A stretch of 64,000 nt of DNA from Chrysomallon squamiferum (taxonomy: Eukaryota > Animalia > Mollusca): the NCBI GenBank assembly GCA_012295275.1, contig CM022675.1, positions 15,562,001 to 15,626,000 of the forward strand, given 5' to 3'. The notes beneath the pieces were generated by a model that searched no databases, had not been told where the DNA came from, and worked only from the letters and a program-made list of their open reading frames with translations. The position numbers and the translations under genes were made by a program. This document shows positions 39,191-53,336 of this stretch, piece by piece (the first letter of the stretch is position 1; each line of letters starts with the position of its first letter).

Positions 39191-41249
39191 TTGCAAACAA
39201 GATGTTGGACAGTTACACCTCTCATGAATCCCAGTTTGTCACAGTAGCTTGCTTTCTATTTATTTACTTTTTTTTATTTTTTTTGTTGTTGTTGTTGTTT
39301 CTTGGAAGATTAATGAATAATCTTTCTAGTTTGGCAAAATTAATTTAATATGTTTGAATAGGTTGTTGTTTGTTGTTTTGTTTTTTAAGTGAAACAAACT
39401 GATGCCTGTTTTTGTAATAGTAATTGTACTGTATATTTAGATTTCCAAGTCAGTGATTTACTGGAATTTTTTTTACTGTATGGTTGTACATCTGTAGAAT
39501 AATGTGTGTGTGTGCGTGTGATAGATCTACAATAAATAAATTAACAATACTGTTTACCTGGATGTTGGTGTTAATGTCTCCATATGCTTTGAGATCAGGC
39601 AGTGACATATTAAAATCATCTTGCTGGACAGTTAGACTTTCTGACATAATCTTCAAGTCTAGAAATAAAAGAATATCAATTAAATAATTAACTTACTTCA
39701 TTTGATTAATTATATTATCAGAATCGGCTCTATTTAACTGTTCAAGCTATGCTTGTAACTTTACATTGAGTACAAATATGTTAAATTAGACAGAACTTGT
39801 GTAAATATATTTAACATAAACACAGACTGCAACAAAATACAGCTACCAGTTCATCTTATACACAATGACGTCACAACTCCATTTGAAAAGGTACAGAACA
39901 GGCAGCTCTGGAAAGTTTGATGACATAATTATTCTATTAGCATAATTTGTTAACAATTATAGATCATTCAAACCAAATAAAATAATTATATAACTTCATT
40001 ATATTTAGACTTTTTATATTGATAACACTAAGTTTTATATTTGTCTTACAGTATGCAGACTGAACTGTCAGAAGAGTAATGTGCCAGAAGCAACTTGTAC
40101 AAACTATGTTTGTATTTACACACTGGTCCAGAATGTGTTTTTGTTTTTTCTCAGGTTTTCCTGTGTTGTTTTAATTTGTATTTGGTTTTTTACTTGATGT
40201 TTGTTATTAATCATTAAGTGAAATACATCATGTATGATTAAAATATAATAAAGTAAATATTATTTGATTTTCTTCAATTGTTATCTTAAAATCTATTTTA
40301 AAAAAAAGATCTACAACCACAAACAGTTACACACATATACACAAACAAATGTTCACAAATATTTAATTTATTTTCAAAGAAACATGTCAAAATGGTGAAA
40401 TTTCACACTAGTGATGTGCCTTTGTAAATGCACACACATTCTATGGGTTAGACTGCACAGTTGGTAAGTATATTCTTAGTACAAATATTAATGCTCTTTT
40501 GATGGAAGACTAATATGTCATAAAAAGAAAACATTTTGGCAAACTCTGTCTGTTGTAATTTTGTGAAGCTTTACTGAAATCCAGTAAGGGTTACAAGATG
40601 AATATCTTTAATGTTCTTTCAAAAAAAATTTCTACAAGAGTTTTATCAGAGATAAATAACTGTTTAGAAAATATAAATCCACTTTCTTCTTTACTGACAT
40701 TTGAAAGAGATAATATTCAAGCATTTCTTTAGTAATACCTCAGTGTGACAACAATTACTTATATTTCCACATGTTACATAAAATAATAACAGTATTGACA
40801 ACAATTACTTCATTGAAACCATTGGTAAAAATCCACGTTTAATTCACTTTAATGTCTTGACACATGCTATCTTTCCTGTTCTAAATGTTCATTCTACTCA
40901 CTATTTTAAATAGTACTATATTCCATTATTTCTACACTCATTTTACGATGTTCACTGTTATTTTTACTTTTATTTTAATGTTTATGACTATGTCTTCTGG
41001 TATTTTAATACTTTTATATTTTATAGTATATTTCAATAAATTAGCATAGAAAGGTGTTATATAAATATAGCACAACAACAACAATAATAGTCATCACCAT
41101 AAAAACAGTAATAATAATAATATTTACTTTGCTTTTAGCATGCTCAGACAGGATTATATAGTACATGTAATATTCTCAAACAGAAAAATGATTTTGGCAG
41201 AACAAACATGGGACAGTGTAGCTCAAAATGTCCATGTACTTACTTATTT

Positions 41250-42110
41250 ATTTGCTTTACACTGTCTGTCTTGATGAAAATGACTTGGAAGTAGGATAAC
41301 AGATTTCCTTTAAAAGATTATCTTTGGGGATTATCAAGAGACATTCTTCATTCTTCATTCTGGATGCAGTAATTCTTCCTGTCTGGAAACTAAGCCACTG
41401 CTTGCTGTTTGAGTGTAATTGTTTGTCAGTTTTGCAGTTCAGTGCCTCTTCCTCACTAACACAGATTTTCATGAATACAGTTTGACGTTTAATTAACTTT
41501 TCCTTACTTTCAGGTATGAAAATGTCATAAAACAGTTCTGAAAGTACTTTGACATACTTCTTGTCTAATGCTTTGAGTTGGTGGTTGCTTGTATTTCCTG
41601 CAACATGTTCGTGCTGCTCAGTGCAGAAAACAGGCTATACAGTTCCTCTGCTGATGGCTCACTTACACTTTGCTTTGCTTGAGGCTTGAATTAGACATAC
41701 CAGTAGTGATCTGTTTTTCATCATTTTTGCAGAGGTAAACTCAATATCCTGTATTGTCTTATACTGCACCTTCAACAATCCTATCAATCACAACTGTGTG
41801 TTTAATTCCTAAAACAAAACCAATCACAAAATAATTAGTAACCTTGTAGGGACTTATAGGCTTTCAACTTGGCTAACATGTATATGCTCAACATGTAAAA
41901 CAAATAATTCACGATGTTTGTACATGACATTGATGGCCATGCTGAAATATCTGTAGACCAGTTGCCCCAGTTCCATTAATCGTTCTTATACAGATATTTG
42001 TCTTCAATTTTCTGCAACTTCTTCTGATATCTAGTCTTAGTACTCACATCAAGTTTTTAGATACTTCAGTCTAACCTTAATACTAATTTTTGTCTGTTTG
42101 GAAGCCATAA
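41250..42110 (-). mobile_element. Decayed YqaJ/lambda-exonuclease-like ORF, probable PIF/ISL2EU transposon fossil
   Basis: Minus-strand fragments TKTRYQKKLQKI..WSTDISAWPS..IVNYL..LKAYKSL, VQYKTIQDIEFTSAK and SKQWLSFQTGRITAS..LLKEICYP..F, broken by stops and frameshifts. Confidence 0.7.
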
Positions 42111-45100
42111 TTATATTTGATTCTATAGTAAAATTAAGTCTCTTATGTAATGCTTGCTCTTTAGTAAACTATAGCCTGCCCTACAACATGATAGACTAGA
42201 AACAGGAATTGTGATGGAAAACTATGTATTGGTGTCCAACTTATTTTTGACTGGACTAACATCTAGAGTTAAAACTAGCATATCCTTATCCTCCATAGAT
42301 GGATTCATAATTAAGAGGTTGGTGTACAGTCATTGACTTTATATGGTTTACATCAGCATCAGTAAGTAAACACTGAGGTATCAGTTAGTTGATTACTACA
42401 AACAAACAGCAAACTTTAACTAATAGAGTGACTATCATCTCAAACCAGTATTATCAGTCACATATTTCTCACAGATAATATATATTTAATTGTAAATTAA
42501 AAAATAATAATGACAATGTATTAATGATATTTATGAAATCTGCAGTTAAAGAAAGAGCAAGAAAGATAAAAATGACAAGACATAGGGGAGATTATGCTGA
42601 CATGCATGATGCAATATTAAATAATTGCATGTGTGCATACTGGTGCATTAATTTTTTTTTTTTTAATAGCTGAGATCATTCAGTTTTCCAGTGAGATGCT
42701 CTAATATCACTGATTATAATTCAAACACTTTCCCACAAATTGTTGGTAAGTGGAAAAATATACATCAAAGCACCTGGTGTTCTTATTACCACCTGGGAAG
42801 TCTGACATTTGTCAGCTTCAAGGTTATTAGTTTAACAGTGAAACCATTTAACTTTATCTTTGTTTTATCATGAAAATTAAATACTGTTTCTCATCAGTCA
42901 GATTGAAAAATGTATTTCATTAATGAAGGACAATGTCAATCAATACAAATAAACATTTCTAGTAATCAAGAATGCTGTAACAGGTGCAGGAAGAAACTGA
43001 AAGACAGCTGACTTCTCATTTGTTAATTACTCTGTATAAATTTTGTGTTTGTTTTCTTCTTAGATTTTACCTTCTTTGTCAATACATTGATATCAAAAAG
43101 TAAAAATCAGGCTCTTTAGCATTAAAAACCAGTCCTTCGTCAATAAAAGTTGGAATAAAAGTTTGTAGCATTCAGACCAGTTCATCACCCAGAGAGATGG
43201 CAACTTCTGGGAGGTTAAAATCATGAAGTTGCCTCAAAGATGGTGAAAGGTAATGGAACAAACTTGAAGACATTTGGTTGAATAAATCTATGTACAAGTA
43301 TCTAAATATTTCCATTAATTTCACTAAAAAAATACTAATTAATTTTTGCTCTAACCCAATAGATTATTTATAATTGTAAAATTCAGCACCAGATTACCTC
43401 AAAACACGTGTCTGTTCTAGAACCTCCTGAGGAGTTGGACATGAGACAGCTTGACATTTAATTTTGTACTCACTGTTATCTCACTTTTATCAGGAAAGTA
43501 AAATAAATGTTCTGCTGTTGATTGATACCACTGTCCGGTCTACAAAAAAAGAGAAAAAAGTGTGTGGTCATCACAAAAAATTTATAATTAGTACAAATAA
43601 ATAAAACTATTCTTATTACAGGTTTACACTTCTGACCAAAGAAATCTGTAACATGGTGAAAGACAGAACTAACAAAAACTGATTTCTAATTTGCTCTGTA
43701 TTAATGTTTGTTTTCAGGTATTTATATATATGTTTTATGTGAGCATGCCTGCACTATGTGATTTATAAAAAAATGGTTTAATCACGATAAGTAACAAAAT
43801 TTAAAAAATTAAAGTTATCACTACACAAATATCATCCTGACAAAGCAAATGACAGTAACTGGCATTGTGAAATGTGCTTTTATTTCAAAATACCATAAGC
43901 ATCAATCCATTTTTTTTTTTTTTTTTAATTGTCTCAAAACAGTATAGTAGATATATCATATTTTATTTCAAAACTCTTCAAACAGTCAAATAATCCTAAA
44001 CTACACTGAACCAAGGAAGAAAGACAACAAAATATTGAGAATGTTTTACAAAAACTATATAAATATATCACAACTGAACACATTATTTCACATTAATAAA
44101 ATACTTTACAAATAATACTTTTACACCTACATAATTCACTTATCCACTTTTATTATGATAAAGACAATTAATTAAAAGAAATATACTCTTTGTTATGGTT
44201 AGAGTGTCATTTGTTACTGAGGGTAGTTAACAATATGAAGAATATGACATTCATGTCATTCATCTGGTGCAGGATACAATAAAAGGAAAGATCAACAAAT
44301 TTGAAGTTGGGGGACATAAAACATCAATCTTTTGGTAGATATATATTTCTAAATTTAGTCAAAACTAATGTTTACCATGCACTTAAAACATTTCTTACAA
44401 TTTATTTTCAATGATAGATGGATAATGTAACACACAATAACACACAAATAAAGAAAAACATTTCTTCTAATGTTAAATGTGTAGACAGCATCACACACAA
44501 ACATATACATAAAGAAATATTTCTATGCTTCTAAGTGGAATAATGAACACAAAATAAGGCCATAAAATATTAACAAAATAAATTTTGCTTTAATTTTAAA
44601 GATGACAAATAGTGCATGACACAAGAAATACATATAATTTTAATCTTGGTAACATCTGCTACACATGAACAAGGTGAAAACGTGACTTTTTCCACAAAAT
44701 AATTAAGATATAAAACATATTCTGATTATAAATAAAGGAAACATTTCTGTGTAGACATCAGAGATTCGAATAGACAAGAAATACTGCAAAAATGACTTTA
44801 TTCCAAGTTTTTGTTATTTGCCTTGTTCTGCAGGTATCGCTTTGTAAGAGTAAGTATTCTACACTTTTTTATTTAAAACACATTTTTTATCACTTTTAAC
44901 TGTTGGTACATATACTGAAATATTATATATTATATATTTGTATATACTTTGGAGCAAGTCTAGCTGTTAACGTCTTTGTCCTTGGTTCTTCTTTTTTTTC
45001 CATTTGTAGGAGTGTTTCTATGTAGATTAAGTACATGCATATGTAAATGATATACAGATAAATATTAACAATCACCTTTATAAGAGAATAATCACTTCTG

Positions 45101-45779
45101 ACAGAATTTAGGCACCAGTAACACAGGAATAATGTTCAGATCCATCATTAATGAATTATACATTAGAAAATGCCTCCATTTTTTTACCAATTTTTCCAAT
45201 TATATATCTTTTCCCCTTTTGTTTTCACCATTACAAATTACAGGTTCAGATAATTAAAGGAAGAATTTCATAAAATGTGATAAAGGTTAACATTTAAAAA
45301 ATAAAATTGCTGACACAAAAATATTGATAGAGGTATACTATTTTCACTTTGTGGTAAAAGACAATATAAATCATTGGGACTGAGAAATGTTCTTTTTATT
45401 TCAAAACATGATGGGTGCCATTCCATGTTTTTGATAATTTACTCCTAAGATTGTCAGTTTAATATTGTATATTGTGATGAACATCTTCAGATACATATAG
45501 AGAATGAAAATGAATCAGCATTCAGTGAATCACACAGTAAAAACTTTAAAATATTAATACAGGTTTAATTAAATCTTTAGATTCCTCATTATTTTATCTG
45601 TTTATTTAGTAACAGTTTACTGTTTAAACAATTTCTGTACATATGTATGTATATGTTTGTATGTATGCAATAATTACATCTGACTCTGTAGTATTAGTTT
45701 CAAACAAAAGTATTAATTTAAGTAAATTTCATTCAGTGAAAAATGAATAAATTTTATTATGCTATGTCACATTATATTA

Positions 45780-46580
45780 TAAACTCTGTCAAAAAAGAAA
45801 TGTATAGGTGATAGGGAAAGAAGAAAAGTGTTTGATTTTACAAAATATTGTTTTTTTGTGCAAAGTTTGTAAATTCCCATGTATGTTAATGTTCCTAGAA
45901 TGGAACAGCATGCTCAAATAAATTTAAAACAAACTATGCAATAACTGCAGGAAACTGGTGTAAAAAGGTCAGGTTCTGGCAAATTTACATGAAACTTTGG
46001 GCAAGGATTGGGGTACTGGTGGGTATTTAAAGCAGCAATGCTCACAATGATGCTGCATTTACACTTTGACATAGATGAGGTTCAAGATGTCAAGACTTAA
46101 CATTTTGAATCAAAACATTGCAATAGACCACATCCAGTTAGGTGTATCACAGTCAGCAGTCAATGCTACATGAACATCCATCATTATACCATTTCTGGAG
46201 CTGGTGTAACAACTAGAGCACAAGCTTGCTACATCCAGATTCTGCAGTAGCAACACTGAAATACCACAGCAACAAACACAGCTGAAATATGCCTGATTTG
46301 AGATTGGTGTCTGCACAAACCATCTGTAATTAAGAAGTTAGTTCACAGGCTAGGAGACCATAGGTAGGTCCTACCCTGCAATGTCAACACTGACTTTACA
46401 CATTTTGCCTGAATGTAGAGGTATGGAGCTTGTGGAAATGGTGGTCAGAAAATGGATCAGTTGCATTTTAAAGTTATTATATTAAAGTTGAAATCAGTTT
46501 AGTAAAATTCTGCACCATCTGATGGTCTGATCACCATCTGATGCAAACATACATATGCATGCAGGTGGCGATGTGCATAT
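45780..46580 (+). mobile_element. Tc1-like transposon remnant (absent from copy A)
   Basis: From 46087: MSRLNILNQNIAIDHIQLGVSQSAV..., then VTTRAQACYIQIL and VSAQTICN*..ARRP*VGPTL, which are Tc1 N-terminal DNA-binding motifs. Confidence 0.7.
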
Positions 46581-46637
46581 ATATATAAAAAAAACAATTG
46601 GTGTTTATTTAATTTTTTTGTTTCAAATTTCAAACAG

Positions 46638-47918
46638 GGTGTTTAAATGGTGGAACAAAAGTAGGAAGGACATGTAAGTGTACTGATGAGTTTTATGGAG
46701 GAATCTGTAAGAAGAGTAAGTATATTTTTTGATTAGAGTGATGATGGTTTTTTTTGTAAACAATGTTAATTTTATGTAAACTACCAAAGAATAAAATATT
46801 CTAACAATAAGCATTTCACATTTAACAACATAACATTATATTATTTTTGCAAAAAGGGGTATTCACTGAAAGCTTATTGGATAACTTTAGCCTATACAGC
46901 ATACTGGTATTAACCTTCATTTTTTAATATGAATACTTCTGCTTAATCATTCACTTAGAGTATGTTCTCATTTTGATCTATGACAAACACGAGAAGACCA
47001 ATGGAATAAAAATAAAAGTAATAAGAAAATTAAAAAGTTGTTATCAAATAAAATGCAATCTATTTTCTCGTTTCATCATCAGAATGTGCTGAAGGAGCCA
47101 TGGCTGAAACTAAAGAGACATTTAAAAAGTTATGTGCCAATTCAATTGTCTCCAACAGCTGTCAAAAATCATGTGAAATGTGTCCATGTAAGTGTACTTC
47201 AGCTGCCATAGAAATTATATCCATTCTGACAGAGAATATTCAAGATAATTAGAGAAGAAAAAATAATATTTATTATCTTATGTTCTTTTGTGTTAGCAAT
47301 ATGTTAGTTATGTAATTATTATTACAACTGTCAGTTATTTATATTTTAATGAGAAATCAATAAATAATCAAATGATGAAAGCAGTAATGATATTACTGAT
47401 AATCAAGATAACATGAAGATTAGGACTATTAAAATGATAATCTGTATTATAATAAGAATAACATAACAACAACAACAAAAATAATGACATAAATATAATA
47501 ATAATAATTTCTTTGCAGCACCTCAGCGATGCACTGATACATTTCCTTGGTTCTGCAACTTACTGATGCAATTAAGTGGCACAGTTGGAACTCCTGCATT
47601 TTGTGCTAAACATTCTTCCCAGTGCCCATTAGTTTGTCCATGTAATACAACTTTATTATTTGTTCAGTATTAAGGTTACTTTCAATGTAAGAATGTTCTT
47701 TTAAGAAAATCAGTTCTGAGAAAAAGGAAACAAACTATTAAAAAATTATAAAAATTAGAACATCAGTGATAGTTGATCCTACTAAACAATGGTTTTGAGT
47801 GACCAGTGGTTAACTGAATTAAACAAAATCTGAATATATGCAATATATGCAAGTTTAATTTTTCAAATTTTGTAGGTATTTTTGCTTATGTAAAATAAAT
47901 TTATTTTCTTTTTCAGAA
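46638..47918 (+). CDS. 3' exons of a Cys-rich protein, EGF-like + two ShK-like modules (copy B)
   Basis: Exons 46638-46715 (CLNGGTKVGRTCKCTDEFYGGICKK), 47083-47187 (CAEG...LCANSIVSNSCQKSCEMCP), 47519-47641 (CTDTFPWFC...FCAKHSSQCPLVCP). Terminal exon starts at 47917, with AATAAA at ~47976. Exon lengths equal copy A (78/105/123). Confidence 0.8.
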
Positions 47919-49718
47919 AACAGAAACTCTAAAGAAGAAAGCAGTAGTATAGAACATCACTGCTCATTTCAAGAAAATAAACAATACTAATAGCTGTAAT
48001 AGTGTTATTTATTTTTCACACACACACAGTTACAGCTGCATTCAACCTTCACAGATATACAAATATTCTCTATTTTTCATACCTTATAAACTCTCCCACA
48101 CACACACACACACACACTTAAACATAAACATACCTATTATTACCACTTTTTGTTTGTATTACTAAAGCTAGTACTGTTGTTTCTAATACTTCTTCAACTA
48201 CTACAGCATTTACTAAGATCATTTTTTTTTTTTCTTCTGTTATCATCATCTTTCCTTCATACCTCTATTTACAACAGTGTTGTTACTAGGATATCTCATC
48301 TTCAAATAAATATATTCTACCTCTTGACATCATCATGTCAACAGAATGTTTCCTCTAAATCGGACATGAAATTTTTCAGTTGGCAGATCACTTCTCTGTC
48401 CTCTTTTGAGCCATTTTCCATTCCAACAATTGGTTTAATGTGTGATGTGTATATAAGTTTATTTAAGTAACCCTTTGTGAGCAGTGGATTTCTTCCAGCA
48501 TTAACTGAAACATTTGTTCTTTCTAAATTTATATCATCTATCCATATAAAAATATTATAATAAGCAAATTAACTGTCTCCTCTATTCTCTAGTATATTTA
48601 AACCTGAAAATGTCAAAGAACAACAATCATGGAAAACTTGTGGCTATTGTCTAGCATCCATGAATCAAATTTATGGAAATCTCTAAACTTTGAGTTCATC
48701 ACTGGATAGTTTTTTTAAATTATATTCTCAATAATCAATGCACTTTTTGCACTTTCTCAAAAAATCAACAAACTAACCAACTTCTATGTAACAAAGATTT
48801 TTCCATGGATTTCTCTTAATTTCTTCTCATCACTCAATGTTTACCAGTAAGGTATTATTTATATGTTTCATCTCATGGAGGCTAAGGTAGGAATGGGAAA
48901 CAGATCAGTGATTGACCCTCAAACCAACCATTCCTCACTCTACCCGTCAAATAATATTTAAAAATAATTAATAATGTGCAATTATTAAACACTAATAATT
49001 CTAAACAAGTTTGTAATTTTAGCAATATAAACATAAAAGTTATTCATGTGTGGGTATCTTACCATCATGTAAGATAAATTGCTAAATATATAAATAATCT
49101 CTATCTGCATTTCTGACACATCATCATTGTCTCTTATCAAGAGCAGATAATTCTGTCTGTAACTAACAACTTCCTTCTTAAAGCTCCCACCTGTTAAAAA
49201 GAGAGACTGCCAAAATATTATCAGTTGCTTTTCTATGATTATTACATTGCTAATATCAGTAGTATATTTCAGTAAACAGTTTAGATCATTTGGAGGAATA
49301 TTAGTATTTTTGAAGAAGTTAAACACATTCTAATACTTCCAGTAGTTCTCAGTTTTGATCAAAACAAAGAAAAAGAAAAATATATTGTTTAACTTTCAAC
49401 TTAATTGTGTTCAATGAAAGAAAGAATAAATAGATTACAAAAATACAAAATTAATGTTTATGACATTGTTAATTATTGTCTATAAAGATCTGTGCCCTGA
49501 GACTGAAAAGGTTTGCTGTGTATGCAGGGAGCAGATTGGTTACTCACAGTCAATACTAAATGTGCAACTAGAAACATACATGTTTGTAAATCCAGCAAAA
49601 TTTGTTTAATGTCTCCATATTACTGCTAAAAATTGATTACCATTTCTAAAAGGTATTGGTTTAAAACATTATTAATGTCAAAAACTAATATAATATGTCC
49701 ACTGGTATAAAATATATA

Positions 49719-50380
49719 TAGTGGTACCTTGATTTATGAGTTTAATTATTTCCATGACCAAGCTCAAATCTCAGTTTGCTCATATATCAAATCAGTTTTC
49801 CCAACTGAAATTAACTGAAATACCATTAATCCATTCCAGTCCCCCGAAAGTCACCCCATTTGTTTTGGCTTTTTTTGTAACATGTTTTTAAATAAGAAAA
49901 ATGTATTAATAAATGATAAATATTGTATAAAAACAAAATAAAAGAGAATGTAAAAAAAAATTGGTTTGAAAGGTGTATTTATCTTGGAGATCAGACAAAT
50001 GATTTTAATGCCTTTGGCTGGAGTTACAGCCTTTATCAACTCCTTCAGCTTCAGTATGGTACTATGTTCATACTGCTTAGACAAGTTTACTACATGCACA
50101 CCTGGCTCATGTTTTTCTATGAATTCAAGCTTTAATTCAATGGATATCATCCATTTCTTCTCAGTGCTGTCCTTTGAAAAATAGCTTTCTTAGGATCCAT
50201 AGTCAAAAAAAGCAATTTGGCAAAATTCTGCACAAAATGCAAGCACAACACAACAGAGATACTTCAGTGGTGAGGTAATCACGTGAAGTAAATGAGTGAG
50301 ACGCATGATGCTGGCCGGATGTTGTGTTGTTCATTGTGCCAACTTGTAAGTTGGGGCACTCGTAAGTCGAGGTACCACTG
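49719..50380 (-). mobile_element. Non-autonomous Tigger/pogo element
   Basis: TIRs (T)AGTGGTACCTTGATTTATGAG / CTCGTAAGTCGAGGTACCACTG with TA flanks; minus-strand HTH remnant MISIELKLEFIEKHEPGVHVVNLSKQY...STILK. Confidence 0.85.
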
Positions 50381-52761
50381 TATAACCTTAATTTTTCTGT
50401 TTTTTAATTATATTTTTTGTTTGGTTTTTATTCAAAGAATTGATCAGTGTATTAAATTAAATAATTAAATTATATAGTGAAAAAAAAAAATAATAATAAT
50501 AATAATTTTAATAATAACCAGTCAGATTGTAAACTAAATATAAAGACAGATTCCCCATTTATTACAAGGATACATTATCGTTTTCGTTTACTATTTCAAT
50601 GTTTTTTTATTCACTTTCAGGTTTTTTTCATTAATTCGTAGACACACAAATATACACACACACACTCAAAAGTTTTGACATGAATTGGGGATAAAGTTGT
50701 GATTACTTGTTCAGAATGTGTAAATGTACTGGAACTACAATTTATCATTAACCAATAATGAACAATACCTATCTGTGTAAGTTATTTTTGTTATGTATTA
50801 ATTCAGTTATGTGAATGTGAATACTTACCAAGTTCTAATCTGAAACTGACTGACTCAGTCTCAATACTTGTTTTACAGATGAATCTGAAAAATAAAAACA
50901 AATAGAAAAAAATAATGCAGGAATACTTAAAACATTTTAATATTGAGAATAATTACATATCAACTGTATGTTACTGTCATCTTGTTTTGGGTTTTTTCCA
51001 AAGATGATATCTGATGTTTCTAGTCTACAAACTATTGTTAATGATTAGTAACATCTTAAAACTTGACTTCTACTATTTATTTGTTTATATAGATTCGCTG
51101 AACAACACCTTAAAACAAAAATAAAGTTGGCTACTGAATCATTCAAAGGTAAATAAAACACAAAAATGTGGAGTTGAACTAAAAGAATAGAAAATGGCAA
51201 ATCTGTTCCTGTTGATCAACTGACAGCTGAATGGGTCTTGATTGTTTTGGACCTTTTATGATAAAACAAGGATAGAGTATAGTAAAACGCTATTATTGTT
51301 TTCTGTTTACATGTTTAGCTATTCATGCTGACACTTGTTTAAACACTGTTTGTAAGTTACTGCCAGAAGAGGATGTCCAAAGATTCTATGATCTAATAAT
51401 GATATAAACGAGTTGGATGTAAAAAAACCTCTTATAAGATGAATTATTGAAATGGAATCAAAATAAGTGCATGCAAATACCTAAAAAAGAATATTCTGTG
51501 AATTTCATCAGTATTTGTCAAAATATGAAACAGGATGAGAATAAAAAATGTTTTATAAGCACTATTAATTCACTTTTTGCAAAAACTACAACAACAATAA
51601 TAATGATAATAATAAGAATTATTATGAAAAAGAGATAATACATTAAATACTAAAATGGAAAAAAATTCAGTTCTAGAATTTTGCTCACATTGTAAAGTTT
51701 ATTTTTTTAATTCCCACCATCATATTTTTATATCATCACCATTTAACTTATTTTCAAGAATCACTATAATAAATAAATGTAAGCATGATTTTCACACTAA
51801 TTTCATTGTGACCATACCAAACTGGTGATCAACCACCTGTTTACAAACTTTCAACAACTTAACAAGTTCACTGTTTCTAAGCCTTGCTAAAATATTAATG
51901 TATAAACCATACACTCAATGTATCTATTAATAACATATACATACTAGAAAAAAAAAAATGCCATTAAAAAATATATACTCAATTAAAAATGTCTGCATAG
52001 GGTAGAATGCTAATAATAAAACTTCTTCAAAAATAATTTTAAAAATACAAAAAGATAATAAAATAGGAAATAAATTGATAATTTAAAAAAATATATATTA
52101 TGTAGATATCAGTTTCATTAAATCTAAAATGTCATTAAACTAAAATAAAAAATATGTGTTCCCACTAATTAAGAAATATGTTTTTGATGTCAGGTTAAAA
52201 AAATAATATAATAAAACATGTAAAAAGTTGCATAAAAATCTATGGCATATAAATAATCCATCAGTTTTAACAAATATCACAACAATGTTACTGACTTTAT
52301 TTTATTTCTTGAAAATCGTTTTTAAAAATACTGTCATCAAACTGAGTTTCTCTTTTACAACATTACAAAAGTTTTTATAGAAACAAAAACAATTAATTAT
52401 ATTAAAATGTTTCTTTTGCAGAGTTAGAAAAATAGAAAAAATAAATAAAATAAAATAAATAAATAAAGGAAGACCAGAAAACTTGCTATTATTTATAAAT
52501 TAAAAAAATAATAAAAAATCTGTTCGGTTTACAAATTGTATGATGTAATCATATGCCAGGTAATTAATAAGTGTAGACCACTGGAAAATAAAATATTTTA
52601 TCTTCTTTAAGCAGTTGTGGAATTCCACAGGTTTTCAAGTAAGTGTTTGACCAACAAGTTAGTTCTTTTCATATGGATAAGATTAATCCGAAGAGACATA
52701 ATCACATATATCATTTTTTCTTATTTTTTTTTCTTATTTTTTTTCTTATTTATTATTATTA

Positions 52762-52798
<37 letters not shown>

Positions 52799-52834
52799 TT
52801 TATCGGCGGATCCGAAAACCAACAAACAAAATAA

Positions 52835-53336
52835 GTGCTACCAAATACTGGATTCAAAGTGACTGGGACGAGTTGTCTTGGGTGCGGGATATCCTGGTAA
52901 CAAGAATGCGCGTGTCTGTTGTGTGAACACAAATTCAGGATAATTAAACATGCTGATCGTACTGCAAGGTAAATAATGCAGCTTATATGGTAACTTATAA
53001 ACTGTAACTTAAAAAATTGAATAATCCACAACAATGTAACGAATGTTTTATCTGTTTACAAACCTTTCATATTCAACAAAGTTGTCGAACAAACGCGTTT
53101 TTCTTCCATTCCAGATGACTTTGCATTAATTTCCTTTAGCCATATTAGTGTCTTTTACCATAATGTGACATACTCGTCACAGTCAAAAGTAAAATAAATC
53201 CGTTTGATGTTCTATTTTTCTCTTACTTGTCATATACAACCAACTACTTTTAAACGATTTACGATTCAATTACTGTCGTCTGCACTTAGGCTATGTTCTG
53301 CGTGATTCCCGCTCCGAGTTTTGGAGCACTACAGTG
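52835..53336 (-). mobile_element. Decayed 5' end of a Chapaev3-like (CMC) transposase
   Basis: Minus strand: CACTG terminus, ATG at 53233 giving MTSKRKIEHQTDLFY, then DEYVTL and YQDIPHPRQLVP..PVF. These resemble the FCYICGE...YPDIPSARRPVPH N-terminus recalled for this family. Confidence 0.45.
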
